Below are positions 1 through 11,610 of a DNA stretch of 64,000 bases, in pieces (position 1 is the first letter of the stretch; every line of letters starts with the position of its first letter). This DNA comes from Lama glama (lineage: Eukaryota), in assembly GCA_028534125.1 (NCBI GenBank), contig CM052818.1, forward strand, positions 21,020,001 through 21,084,000, read 5' to 3'. A program made the position numbers and the translations under genes. The notes beneath the pieces were generated by a model. The model saw only the letters and a program-made list of their open reading frames with translations, did not search any database and was not told where the DNA came from.

Positions 1-2379
1 CTCCTTCCAACCACTACCCCTGGACCCTAACCCAGTCTGCATTCAGCTGGAGATAAACCATTTTCCAACTGCCTGGAACTAAGCCACACTCTGGGCCAAA
101 GTTATAGAACAAATGTTGAGCCTGGCCAGGGAGGGTGGTGCTCTGGGCTGTGCTTGGCTTCTCTTCTACTAGGGTGTGAACACCTGGCTGCAGAACCATT
201 ATCTCCCTCCCTTCTTAATACAACAGCTCAGTGCCTGGCACCTGGGAAATGCTCAGCTCATGTTCACGGAGTTGAAGTGAACAGCAGCTGGTAATTGTAG
301 CACCGGGCTGGGAGGGGAAATCAGACCATATAAATAACCGTAGCACAAGGTAGAAAAAGGATCCCTTCCATGAGAGAATTGCAAGCTGGGGGCTCAGGGG
401 CTGCAGCACAGAGGGTGACAGGTGATCTTCAGCTCGAAGGCTCGGTGGGTTGATGGGAAAACAGAGAAGCCTTTCTAGAGGAGGAGCCTTAGAGGTGGTG
501 CCTCAGAGATGGTAGAAAGTAGACACAGGACTATGTGAATAACAGGCATATAAAGGAGGGAAGTGGCTTAGGCAGAACACAGGGCAGGGAGATGTGGGGC
601 AAGAGCAAATATCTTGGTTAGGCTGGAGCCAAGACTGCCTGGAAAGGAGTGGCTAAATTTGGTTAGAAAGTTGATAGGTGCCCACTGCTCTGTGTCCTCC
701 TCACCCAAGGCTGTTCCCCTTGGCCAGTCGGCTGATCTGCAGCAGGGCAAAGCTCCTATGGGTTTATTGACCAAGGCCCCAGGCCAAGGTGACTCAACAA
801 GGCTCAGAGCTGTGCCAGGTTATGCTCTTTACAATTGAAACATCCTGGGTCTCAGTGCAAGGGGCTCCTGCCTGTTGGTTCCTGTAGCTCTCTGCAGGCA
901 GGGAACAGATCTTTAATTACTGAGGCAGCTGACAGTCTTTCCCAGGGGATCACATTTCAGTTATAATGTAGTAATCTGTAAGCCCTGTTCATCTCTGGTA
1001 ATGAAATGAAGAGGGGAAATGTTAGTGGATTTGAGGTAGGATTCTTTTCTTTCCTTTTTTTCTCCCCTCCCATTCCACCCTCCACACCTCTCCTCTAAAT
1101 TTCAGCTAATCTGTTTCCAGCTGATCTCTGGCATTTTCAATGTTATTACTCATCACAGAGAGAATGTTCTGGGAAACAATTAACATTGAAATTGTTGCTT
1201 AGTAGCCTCCATGAGACTCAAATCTCCTTTACAAGCTAGTTCAACTATCTCACTTCATCCAGGCAGCCTTCCTGGATTGGCTTTCCCAAAAGTTTGATTC
1301 CTTTATGATGGCCTTGGTATTATATAGGTAGTTTCTTCCATTATTCCTGGTCCAAAAAGAACATTGTGACTATTTCAGGTTCTGGACCTGTTAAAGCATC
1401 AATTATATTGAATTATGAACATAAAGAAAAAATTAAGTACATAAAGTCCCTGTTTTAGGCTGAAGACAAGAGGGACAGGGATTCTGAAGTCCCTTCTCTA
1501 CCTCTGTGTAGAGACTGTCTCCTTCATCAGCCTGGGTGCTTCATTCCTCCGTCTGTCTCTTCAGAGCACTTCCCCAGGGCTTGCTGCAAGGAAGGGTGAG
1601 CTGTGCAGTGGATGGTGGATGGATGGTGTGCAGCCCAGGCCCCTCAGCCCACTTCCCCATAGGAAGCCAAGCATCACTGATTGGAGCAGAGGACAGAAGA
1701 AGGGTTTGTGGTCTGAAAGTCCTGGGTACCCTTTATTTGTGTGAGTAGGGACTGTTGCTCTCCTCAGCTCAGAGGGCACAGTCCCTAAGGTAAGCTGTGG
1801 GATGTGCTCCAGCTCGGCTTTTGGAGAATGGTGGGGTCAAGACAGCACTGGAAAGCGGTGATGCAGACAGTGCAGCCTGAGGTTCCCCGACTCCCACTGC
1901 GTGCACCTGTCCTAGGCCCTCCGTACTCATGCTGTCCTGGCTAGGAGGGGAAGAACATTCTGGATAAGGAGAAGAGCTAAGCCAAGGCTGAGAGGCAGCA
2001 TGAGTGCATTGATAGCTAAATATTTTCATCACGAATTTAAATAGTAATCACAAAACTGTGCAATTTCTGGCATATTGAAAATTTGGCAACAATAAAACTG
2101 TAACATTACTCTTTTAGATGTATCCAAAGGAATATAAATGCCATAGCAATTTCATATTCACCATCATCTGTTTTCAAAGTACATGAATAAGTTCTTTTTT
2201 TCCCATCAGAAATCTTATATTGTTCTTATTTCTTTTTGAATCTGCCTTTTATTCCACTTCTCCCATATAATTTTATCTTAATATATTTTTATCTGCAATA
2301 AAATGTGTGTATATATTAAAAGTAACTTCAAAAGTCTCCTGTGATTACAATCTCTAAATATTAAAAGAAAACTTTTCTA

Positions 2380-3235
2380 ATGCAAATCAAAACTGCAATG
2401 AGGTATCACTTCACACCAGTCAGAATGGCCATCATTCAAAAGTCCATGAACGATAAATGCTGGAGAGGGTGTGGAGAAAAGGAAACCCTCCTATACTGTT
2501 GGTGGGAATGTAGTTTGGTGCAGCCATTGTGGAAAACAGTATGGAGATTCCTCAAAAAACTAAAAATAGACTTACCATATGATCCAACAATCCCACTCCT
2601 GGGCATATATCCAGAGGGAAACTTAATTCAAAAAGACACATGCCCCCCTGTGTTCATAGCAGCCCTATTTACAATAGCCAAGACATGGAAACAACCTAAA
2701 TGTCCATTGACATATGACTGGATAAAGAAGTTGTGGTATATTTATACAATGGAATACTACTCAGTCATAAAAAATAAAAATAATGCTATTTGCAGCAACA
2801 TGGATGGCCCTGGAGAATGTCATCCTAAGTGAAGTAAGTCAGAAGGAGAAAGAGAAATACCATATGATATCACTCATATGTGGAATCTTAAAAAAAAAAG
2901 ACAAATGAACTTATATATAAAACAGAAACAAACTTACAGACATAGAAAACAAACTTATGGTTATCAGGGGTTAAGGGTGTGGGAAAGGATAAATTGGGAG
3001 TTCAAGATTTGCAGATACTGACTGGTATATATAAAATAGAAAAACTAGTTTATATCATATAGCACAGGGAACTATATTTGATATCTTGTAGTAGCTTGTG
3101 GTGAGAAAGAATATGAAAATGAATATGTGTATATTCATGTATGACTGAAGCAACGTGCTATACACCAAAAACTGACACAACATTGTAAACTGACTATAGT
3201 TCAATTACAAAAACAAAAAAAACCCTCAAAAAACA
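2380..3235 (+). mobile_element. 5'-truncated LINE-1 (ORF2 C-terminus, 3'UTR, A-rich tail), cetartiodactyl/camelid type
   Basis: ORF 2380-2832 MQIKTAMRYHFTPVRMAII...[18 protein letters not shown] is the L1 ORF2 C-terminal region. The A-rich tail ends at about 3235. A 12-bp TSD AAAACTTTTCTA lies at 2368-2379 and 3236-3247, and an endonuclease-like site TTAAAA at 2361-2366. Confidence 0.95.
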
Positions 3236-3353
3236 AAAACTTTTCTAGATTATCCATTAAATAAATTTTTTGTACAATTGATCAAAATACTATAAATATA
3301 ATACAAATTTTAATAAATATTTAACAAATATACTGTTATTGTAAATACATCTC

Positions 3354-3539
3354 TTTTTTTTTTTGGAGGTCAATCCCACGTTATTTATTTATTTAATTTT
3401 ACATTTTTTATTGATTCATAATCATTTTACAGTGTTGTGTCAAATTCCAGTGTTCAGCACAATTTTTCAGTCATTCATGGACATATACACACTCATTGTC
3501 ACATTTTTTTCTCTGTGATTTATCATAACATTTTGTGTA
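3354..3539 (-). mobile_element. Very short young L1 3' end (different subfamily) with a double tail
   Basis: TTTTTTATTGATTCATAATCATTTTACAGTGTTGTGTCAAATTCCAGTGTTCAGCAC... resembles the recalled young camelid L1 3' end. T11 at 3354-3364. No TSD seen. Confidence 0.75.
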
Positions 3540-3639
3540 GAAAGTTTTGTTATAGCAGTGACACTTAATTCTTTGAACTCCTTCCCAGTGATATACCAAA
3601 ATCACAATGTGACCTATCATCAAAAACTATTTTTAATGA

Positions 3640-3882
3640 TCTATCAGCTGCCAACTCAATTAGGTCCTCCATCAATTTAGCTGAATGCAAAGATTGGGGA
3701 GTCAACTAACTGGGAAAATTTATTCATTGCACTTACTCAGTTTCTTAGTTTCTATAAAGGATATCAAAAAGGCTCTCCTATGACTCATTGAATGACTGTT
3801 AATTATATCCTGCACTTTAGATCAGGGCATGAATACCAGGAGGCAAGAATCTCTGGGTGCCGTCTCAGAAGCTGCCTACCAT
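3640..3882. mobile_element. Degraded ERVL-type LTR fragment (MER21/MER77-like)
   Basis: Ends ...GAATACCAGGAGGCAAGAATCTCTGGGTGCCGTCTCAGAAGCTGCCTACCA, resembling ERVL LTR termini. Confidence 0.4.
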
Positions 3883-4340
3883 AGCAGGGCACTTCATGCT
3901 TCCTGGCTTTCAGTGTTGAGTCCTGGTTGCTTTCTGAAGTAAGAGGGAAAGCCTCACTCCACATCCTTCAACAGAAATATAAAAGTTTTGAGGATAAAAC
4001 ATGTATAAAGAAGTTCATTACTGTGTTATTGATAATAACAAAAAATTAGAAGCAGCACAGCACAAAGGGCTAGGGTGTATCCTGGTGGTGTGTACCTCTC
4101 CCTCCCCTAGTCCCAGCCCAGCTCAGTCGTTGTAGGCTGTGAGGCGGGAGAGGGTTAAGGAGACAGAGCAGCCAAGACAGCCATTGCCCACTCCTTTCCT
4201 CCTATACCCCCCTTTTCCTTTGCCCTCAAGAAGGTACAAAGGCTGGATATGAAGGCAAGTGAAACCAGAAATGGGGGCCTGCAGGGCTCGGGGAATGTGA
4301 AAGGACCAAGATAACAATGGGGACAAAGGACAGGTTCTTT

Positions 4341-4870
4341 TCTTTGTTTGTTTTATTTTGTTTTTATTGAAGTATAATCAGTTACAATGTGTCAATCTCT
4401 GGTGTACAGCATAATGTCCTAGTCATGCATATATATACATATATTCGTTTTCATATTCTTTTTCATTAAAGGTTATTACAAGATATTGAATATAGTTCCC
4501 TGTGCTATGTAGAAGAAATTTGTTTTTTTAATCTGTTTTTTTATATAGTGGCTAACATTTGCAAATCTCAAATTTCCAAATTTATCCCTTCCCATCCCTT
4601 TTCCCCGGTAACCATAAGATTGTTTACTGTGTCTGCGAGTCTGTTTCTGTTTTGTAGATGAGTTCATTAGTGCTCTCTTTTTTCTTTTTTTAGATTCCAC
4701 ATATGAGTGATATCATATGGTATTTTTCTTTGTCTTTCTGGCTTACTTCACTTAGGATGACGATCTCTATGTCCATCCATGTTGCTGCAAATGGCATTAT
4801 TTTATTCTTTTTTATGGCTGAATAGTATTCCATTGTACAGATATACCACAACTTCTTTATCTAGTCATCT
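4341..4870 (-). mobile_element. 5'-truncated LINE-1 3' end
   Basis: Reverse complement of the same 3'UTR family as 2830-3200, with a T-rich tail at about 4341-4366. Perfect 14-bp TSD AGGACAGGTTCTTT at 4327-4340 and 4871-4884. Confidence 0.95.
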
Positions 4871-4950
4871 AGGACAGGTTCTTTAGAAGTGACTTCCTGA
4901 CGGAAATGGGGAGATGCTGGTCACATGGCACTGCTTCAGTTATGCAGTGT

Positions 4951-5260
4951 AAGTCCTGGCAATTGAATATACAGCATGGTGATGATAGTTAATAACACTG
5001 TGCTCTATACTTGAAGTTTGCTAAGAGATCACTAGATCATTTATGTTCTTACCCCTTCCCCCAACACACGCACACACACAAAGAAAAGGAAAAGAAAAAG
5101 AAAGAAAAAATGGTAACTATGTGAGGTGATGGATATGTTAATTAGCTTTAATGTAGTAATTATTTCACAGTGTATACATATATCAAATCATCAGTTGTAC
5201 ACCTTAAATATATATACTTTTTGTTTGTCAGCTATACCTCAATAAAGCTAGGAGAGAAAA
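4951..5260 (+). mobile_element. Old L1 3' end (L1MA9-like)
   Basis: TACAGCATGGTGATGATAGTTAATAACACTGTG...GGTAACTATGTGAGGTGATGGATATGTTAATTAGC...TACCTCAATAAAGCT is a typical L1MA 3' terminus. Confidence 0.8.
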
Positions 5261-6044
5261 TGACCTATCAAATTAAAGGGGAAAGAACTAGCAGTTCTCT
5301 CTTCTATGTGCTTCTCTCTCACACAAACAGATTGTTTTATCAGTTATAAAAACTATTAGTAAACAGGCTTGAATTCATATTTCTTCCAAATATCAGTGCT
5401 AAGAATAAAATAAATACTGAACAGCCATATGTAGCACGAAAACATTTTCATTCTTTGACTCCTTTCTACCATTTCCTATGTACATCTTCTGTGTGTATGT
5501 TGTGTGAACTGGGATATGGGAACCAATGTATTATTAAATTATGAACATTTTACTTTATACTCTCAAAAATTAATTGATGTTTATATTACATGCTTTGAAA
5601 TGATATTCACAATAATTTTTTAAACTCAGTTATAGGCTTAAATACCTTTAGTCCCTGCAAACACTCCTTTGTATCATGACCTGCCCATTCTTTGGCTCAT
5701 TTTACTTCACCTCTCCATTGGCTGGAGTGGATCTTCAAGCAGTTTCTTCAGGAGAGATATTCCTAAGAATATCTGAGAACTTTTTTTCTCTGAAACATTC
5801 ATACATGAATGATAAAATTGCACTTGGGCAAATTTTAAAATGTCTTTCCCTTAAAACCTTGGAGATGTATCATTTTTTGCCATCTGTTGCTATTGTTAAG
5901 GTGTTTGAAGACTGATTTTGGGGGGGGGCTTTTAATTACAACCACTTTGTACTGCTTGTAGAATTTTTTTCTTTGTCCTTCTATTTCCAGATTCTTGCCA
6001 AGATATGTCTACTTATTGATCTCTTAATTGATTTGGTCTGTCTG

Positions 6045-6436
6045 TGCAGTTGATTGAATAATGTCCCTTCAAAATTCATGTCTACTTGGAGCCTCAGAAT
6101 GTGACCTTACTTAGAAATAAGATTTTTTCAGATGTTATTAGTTAAAAGATCTTGAGATTAAATTTAGGGGGTACCCTAAATCCATTGTCCTTATAAGAAG
6201 AGGAGAGGACACAGAGACACAGAGAAGGCCAAGTAAAGATGGAGACAGAGGTTGGAATTGTCCTGCTACAAGTTAAGGATCACTTTGGGCCACAAGAAGT
6301 TAGAAGAGGCAAGGAAGGAGTGTGGCCCTGCTGATCTGTTGATTTTGGACTTCTAGCCTCCAGAACTGTGAGAGAATAAATCTCAGTTATCCCAGTTTGT
6401 GGTACTTTATTACAGCAGCCCTAGGAATTTAATACA
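6045..6436 (+). mobile_element. MaLR solo LTR (MLT1B/C-like)
   Basis: TG...CA termini and internal MLT1 motifs (CCTCAGAATGTGACCTTA, GGACTTCTAGCCTCCAGAACTGTGAGAGAATAAAT). 5-bp TSD GTCTG at 6040-6044 and 6437-6441. Confidence 0.9.
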
Positions 6437-7569
6437 GTCTGGAATGCAGGAGTCCTTTCAGTTTACAAACATTTTATGTCAGTGTTTTGATTATTGTTCT
6501 AGTATCTTCTTCAAGTCACCTATCATTCATAGGTATGATTTCTGTTATCTGTCTTTCATGTCTATTTTATTCTCTCTCTCTCTCGTTTTAATCTGTCTTT
6601 TTCTTCTGCATTCTGAGAGAGCTTCTTAAGTGTCAGGAAAAATTATAAAAGACTGAAATGGGCAAAAGTTCACTGGGCGTCCTTCCAGTGGAATGTTGGG
6701 TGTTGTATAGAGGACTCTAGAGGGTTATTGGATCCAGTAAGGTCTTGAGTCTTTCATTAGTTCCTTTTTTAAGGCTATGTTACGACCCTGTCCTGTGCAG
6801 AAAACTAGTAGTAGTGTAAATGATTCTTGTCCAAGCAAAATGGGGAAGGGCAAGAGAGATGTCTGAGCACCCATGGAGAGGAGGGGTTCCCAGAAAGTGT
6901 GTGCACAGAATCCTACCTTTTTCCAAACAACTGCTATTTTGAGGACTGGCCCCATGGCCAGTGGAATTCTTAATTTTTCTCCAGTATCTTTATTGTCACT
7001 CTTAAATGATTCACTGTGTCTCAGTGTAGCTTAAGCATTTGCCAAGGTGTACAAGAAGGAAAAAAATGGTTCCTGGAATTTTGATCTTTTAATCACTGCT
7101 CCAGACTGGTTCTGGGAACCGAGAGGCACCATCTGCAAAAGGCTTTCAGAGGAAATGCAGTGGGAAGAGGGGTGGGTGGAGTTGTCAGGGAGAAGAATAT
7201 GTCCCCAGGTCCATTAGGGCAATCTAGGCTGCCGTCCCTCTAAGTGAAGCAGCCACTTTGAGGAGAAAACCATTTCGTGGTATCTTCACCAAGCCTAGAT
7301 ATTTTAACTTCATTTCCAGGTCCATCTTTGTCATTCCTTTCTTGATTTATTTTGGCGTTTTGGCTGTTGTAACAGGAAAATCTGTTCCCTTTTAAAACAA
7401 ACAACATTGAAAAAGATAGGACAGGAGAACGTTCTCAGTTAGAGCCTCACCTCTGGGTTTCCAGAAGAGAAGCTACTTCTTCCACTCCCAAGCATCTGGT
7501 TTGGTCCCCTCGTGCCTGGGGGAAGGAAGAAGGAAGAGGGACCTCACTCTCACAGATGCATATTGGTGT

Positions 7570-7850
7570 CAAGTTCTACCTTCTCTGTGAAGGTCTCCCT
7601 GGCCACCAGCCCACTGTCCTTTCTCTGTTCCCTCTAAACTCCTACTTCATTCACTTTTTCACCCATTTTTACATTAAATTCTGGACTTAGGTGAATTATA
7701 TGAATCATATCATTTTCAATATGGAATTCCTGTTTTTCCAGCTATAAACTCCTTAACAGCAAAGAACCTACTCTGACTTCCCTTCTGGTCACCACAACCC
7801 TTAGCATGAGGCTGGACGCATTGTAAGAGTTTAGTAATTACTCAAGTTGA
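7570..7850 (+). mobile_element. Degraded L2 3' fragment
   Basis: CTATAAACTCCTTAACAGCAAAGAACC...CTTAGCATGAGGCTGGACGCATTGTAAG resembles the L2 3' end. Confidence 0.4.
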
Positions 7851-8984
7851 CCTGAATTCAAGCCACTGCCTGGCCACTGGCAATAACACAGCATGATTTA
7901 CATTTCTGAGGGTAGATGAAAATGCTTGGAAGCGGTCAGACTCTGAGCTCGCTCCCCTGATGCCCTGCAATAATACTGTAGGGAATTATGCCTCCAAAAC
8001 TCCCATGCAGGGGCCTGGGACTGGAGAACCGTCCCACCCCTTGTTGGTCAACATACTTGATGTCAGCCTGCTCACAGAACCTTTTAGGGGCTTGGTCATC
8101 CTAGGCCAGTATCTTTCTTCCCCAATTGCTCTGTCTGCCTCTCTCTTCAAGTGAAGGCTTCTTAATTGCTCTCTGGCCACCCCCATCTCCAACTCCTGTG
8201 ACCTCTCTGGATTTCAGAGAAAGCACATCTTAACAACCTTTGCCAAGTATCTTCTTCCCTTTCCTTCAAGAAACTCTTTTAAATCTCCCCTTTCCCAGAA
8301 AGTCCTTTCTGACTCTGTAAAGAAGTTTTTAAATTTCTTCTTGTGCAAATCTTTCTTCTCTATTCAAAGTGACAAATACCAAGCTCAGTCTATAATACAC
8401 TTGTTGTTTCCTAGATGAAGATATTGATGCATTTAATTCTACCTTAGTCTGGGTATAAGTCTTGTGCCTTCCTGTGTGTTCTCAGAGAGTGTGCACATCT
8501 CTACATCAGGCTCAATGGGAATGATCCTGTCAGAATGGACTCTCTAGGACTAAGACATCTAGTATTCTTTCTGTGTCTCCATGTTCTCTTTCCTTTGCCC
8601 TGGGTAGTTCATCCACCCTCTGTGGGGTCTCTGTGCTCCCCATCTTATCCCTTTTCCTGTTAAGATTGCCTCCGAAGATAGAATCTAATATAAGCTGCAC
8701 CAAGATCCAAATACATTGCTTACTTCCTCAAGGGGAAAGTAATAGTGAAAAGGACAGGTCAGTCAAGTGATTAAATCCCATGGAGTCATACCAGAGACAG
8801 GATGGGGGTGAAGGTAAGAGTAGGGACATTTTTTAGCAAAGGTTCTCCCTGGTACCCCAGAAGCTTACATACTTAGCCAAATACTCTTCTAGGTGCCTTG
8901 CTAAGCTGAGCTGTCCTGGACTTGTGTAGAGTAGATGTGGCTCTAACCAAGTCTAGGGTATTTGATTATTCTTATAACAGAATC

Positions 8985-9135
8985 AATCAGAGAATTCTAG
9001 AGCTGAAAGGAAGCCCAAGCGTGTGGGCTTCACTTTGCTGATGTGGAAACTGAAGCCCCAGTAGAAATGATGACTGGCCCTTCAATTTATGAGGGCAGAA
9101 CTGGGCTAGAGCTTTGATTTCTTGATTCTCACTCC
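8985..9135 (-). mobile_element. MIR-family SINE fragment
   Basis: AGAATTCTAGAGCTGAAAGG...GGAAACTGAAGCCC core-like motif. Confidence 0.5.
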
Positions 9136-9190
9136 AAAGCTTGCTCCTTATTCTCCTGTCCCCAATTTTCATGACTATTCTTTTTTTTTT

Positions 9191-9690
9191 NNNNNNNNNN
9201 NNNNNNNNNNNNNNNNNNNNNNNNNNNNNNNNNNNNNNNNNNNNNNNNNNNNNNNNNNNNNNNNNNNNNNNNNNNNNNNNNNNNNNNNNNNNNNNNNNNN
9301 NNNNNNNNNNNNNNNNNNNNNNNNNNNNNNNNNNNNNNNNNNNNNNNNNNNNNNNNNNNNNNNNNNNNNNNNNNNNNNNNNNNNNNNNNNNNNNNNNNNN
9401 NNNNNNNNNNNNNNNNNNNNNNNNNNNNNNNNNNNNNNNNNNNNNNNNNNNNNNNNNNNNNNNNNNNNNNNNNNNNNNNNNNNNNNNNNNNNNNNNNNNN
9501 NNNNNNNNNNNNNNNNNNNNNNNNNNNNNNNNNNNNNNNNNNNNNNNNNNNNNNNNNNNNNNNNNNNNNNNNNNNNNNNNNNNNNNNNNNNNNNNNNNNN
9601 NNNNNNNNNNNNNNNNNNNNNNNNNNNNNNNNNNNNNNNNNNNNNNNNNNNNNNNNNNNNNNNNNNNNNNNNNNNNNNNNNNNNNNNNNN
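9191..9690. other. Assembly gap (500 N)
   Basis: Run of N, flanked by poly-T and (AG)n. Confidence 1.
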
Positions 9691-10249
9691 AGAGAGAGAG
9701 AGAAAGATTTTTAAAAGAAGGGAGAAAGAGGGTTTGAAAACAGTGTATAATGAATAATAGAAGAGCGGGTTGAAGCAGAGTATTAATCGGGTGGAGCTGT
9801 CCTTTTAAAACCTTTAAAAAAAAAAAAAAGAAAGAAAAAAAAGGGGTGGGGAGATGAATATATGTGTTTGAAGCCTGTGTCAAATCAATAACAGGACATC
9901 AAAACCCAAGAGAAATAGAAATGAATTAAGAAGTAAAAATTAAGAGAGTAATTGAAAATTGACATTTTTTTAGTGGTGAATCTTCTGATCTAAGATTATG
10001 GTATACCTTTACATTTTTCCAAGTCCCTTTTGTATGTTAAGGCTTTCTTGATAGATTTCTTGCACATTTTAAGGGTTATTCCAAGCTATTTTATACTTTA
10101 ATTGCTATTGAAAATGGCGTCTTTTCTTCCTTTGTATCTTCTAACTGGTTGATTTTCATGTATAAAAGCTATTCTCTACTATATATTAATTTTGTAATTG
10201 GCTTCTCCCTTGGGTTCTTGGACTCAGTTCCAACTTTTTTTTTTTTTGG

Positions 10250-10885
10250 TTGAGGGGCGCTTCCCTACACATTATCAAGCCATTCTCAGACACCAGTAGA
10301 GTGTCAGAGAATTCAATTCAATTCTGACACTATCTACCCAAAGATAGCATCGTATTCCACAGGTTAAGGGTTCAGTCTTACAAGACTGCCTACCCCACAA
10401 CTTTAAATGCTAGTTGTAAGCGCAGGTTGTTACCTGTGTTTCTGTTTTACTGGCTACAGATTAGAGGTTTCCATTAACTTTTCCTTGGACATCAGATGAC
10501 AGTTGCAAGTTCAGGCTGTCACCTGCACTTCTGGCTGGCTGGCTGTGCCCGGAAGTTCTCACAGCCTCCTCCTCCGGTTCAATTAGTTGGCTAGAGCAGC
10601 TCACAGAACTCAGAGAAATATTTTACTTACTAGATCACAGATTTATTATAAAAAGATAGAACTCAGGAACAGCCAGATGGAAGAGACGCAAAGGGCAAGG
10701 TACAGGGATCGGGTGCAGAGTGTCCATGCTCTCTCTGGACGTGCTAGTGTCCCTACATGCCCATGTGTTCACCAACCTGGAAACGCTGTGCTTTTGGGTT
10801 TTTATGGAAGATTCATTACATAATTTTAAATTGTTGGCCATGGGCAGCTGATTCAAATCCCAGCCCTTTTTCTCTCCCAGGAGGT
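10250..10885. mobile_element. ERVL LTR, MER21-like
   Basis: TTCTGACACTATCTACCC..AGATAGCATC..ATTCCACAGGTTAAGGG, GCTAGAGCAGCTCACAGAACTCAG and GAACAGCCAGATGGAAGAGA..CA.AGGGCAAGGTA are recalled MER21 motifs. Contains a diverged internal ~90-bp duplication. Confidence 0.8.
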
Positions 10886-11081
10886 CATACAGTATTTGTC
10901 CTTTTGTGTTTGGTTTATTTTATTTAACATGTTTTTAAAGTTCATCCACACTATAGCATGTATCAGAATTTCCTTCCTCTTTAAGTCTGAATAATATTCC
11001 ATTCTGTGAGTGTGCCACGTTTTGTTTATCCATTCATCTGTTGATGGGCGTGTGGGTTGTTTCCACCTTTTGACTATTGTG
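10885..11081 (-). mobile_element. L1MB-like ORF2 end / 3' fragment
   Basis: Minus-strand ORF gives KRWKQPTRPSTDEWINKTWHTHRMEYYSDLKRKEILIHA, the L1 ORF2 C-terminus. Confidence 0.85.
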
Positions 11082-11109
11082 CCTCTGATAGGTATTATAG
11101 TCACACACT

Positions 11110-11340
11110 GTGAAGAAGCGGTTCAGGGGATCAGAGCACAGATCCTGCAGCCACACTGCCAGGAAGCCCATCCTCTTACTTACCACCTTGGGATGGTCTC
11201 AACCTCTGTGCATCGGTATTCTCATCTGTGAAATGGGGAGACTAGGCCTCCTGCTCAGGGCTCTTGTGAGAAGGAAATGAGTCAACACATGTCAAGTAGC
11301 TGCAGTCACTTCTGGCACCTGGTCAAAACTCAGGAAGGTT
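11110..11340 (+). mobile_element. MIR SINE
   Basis: AACCTCTGTGCATCGGTATTCTCATCTGTGAAATGGGGA core. Confidence 0.65.
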
Positions 11341-11444
11341 GGCTGTTGCAAGTTGATGTCTTTACCAAGGCACCGTATATGAGGCCCATATAGGTGGACT
11401 GGAGTTTTCTAATCTCTGAGAACTGGTGGTCGAAACTGGAGAAT

Positions 11445-11610
11445 TGCAGAACTTCATAGTGTTAGAGGGGAGTAGGTGGCTTTGGAGATCACCGACTCAA
11501 ATGTCCTCCTTTTACCAGTGGGGAAACTGAAGCCCAGAAAAGATGGGGACGTGACTAGAGTGACAGAGGAAGACAGGTCTAGACAGTGGCTTGCTCCAAA
11601 CCTCGCATCT
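11445..11610 (-). mobile_element. MIR SINE fragment
   Basis: TTTTACCAGTGGGGAAACTGAAGCCCAGAAA core. Confidence 0.55.

Noticed and set aside
2380..2832. 150-aa ORF as a host gene
   Set aside because: It is the L1 ORF2 C-terminus of a truncated retrotransposon.
8987..9883. ORFs of 198-298 aa
   Set aside because: Artefacts of the 500-N gap.
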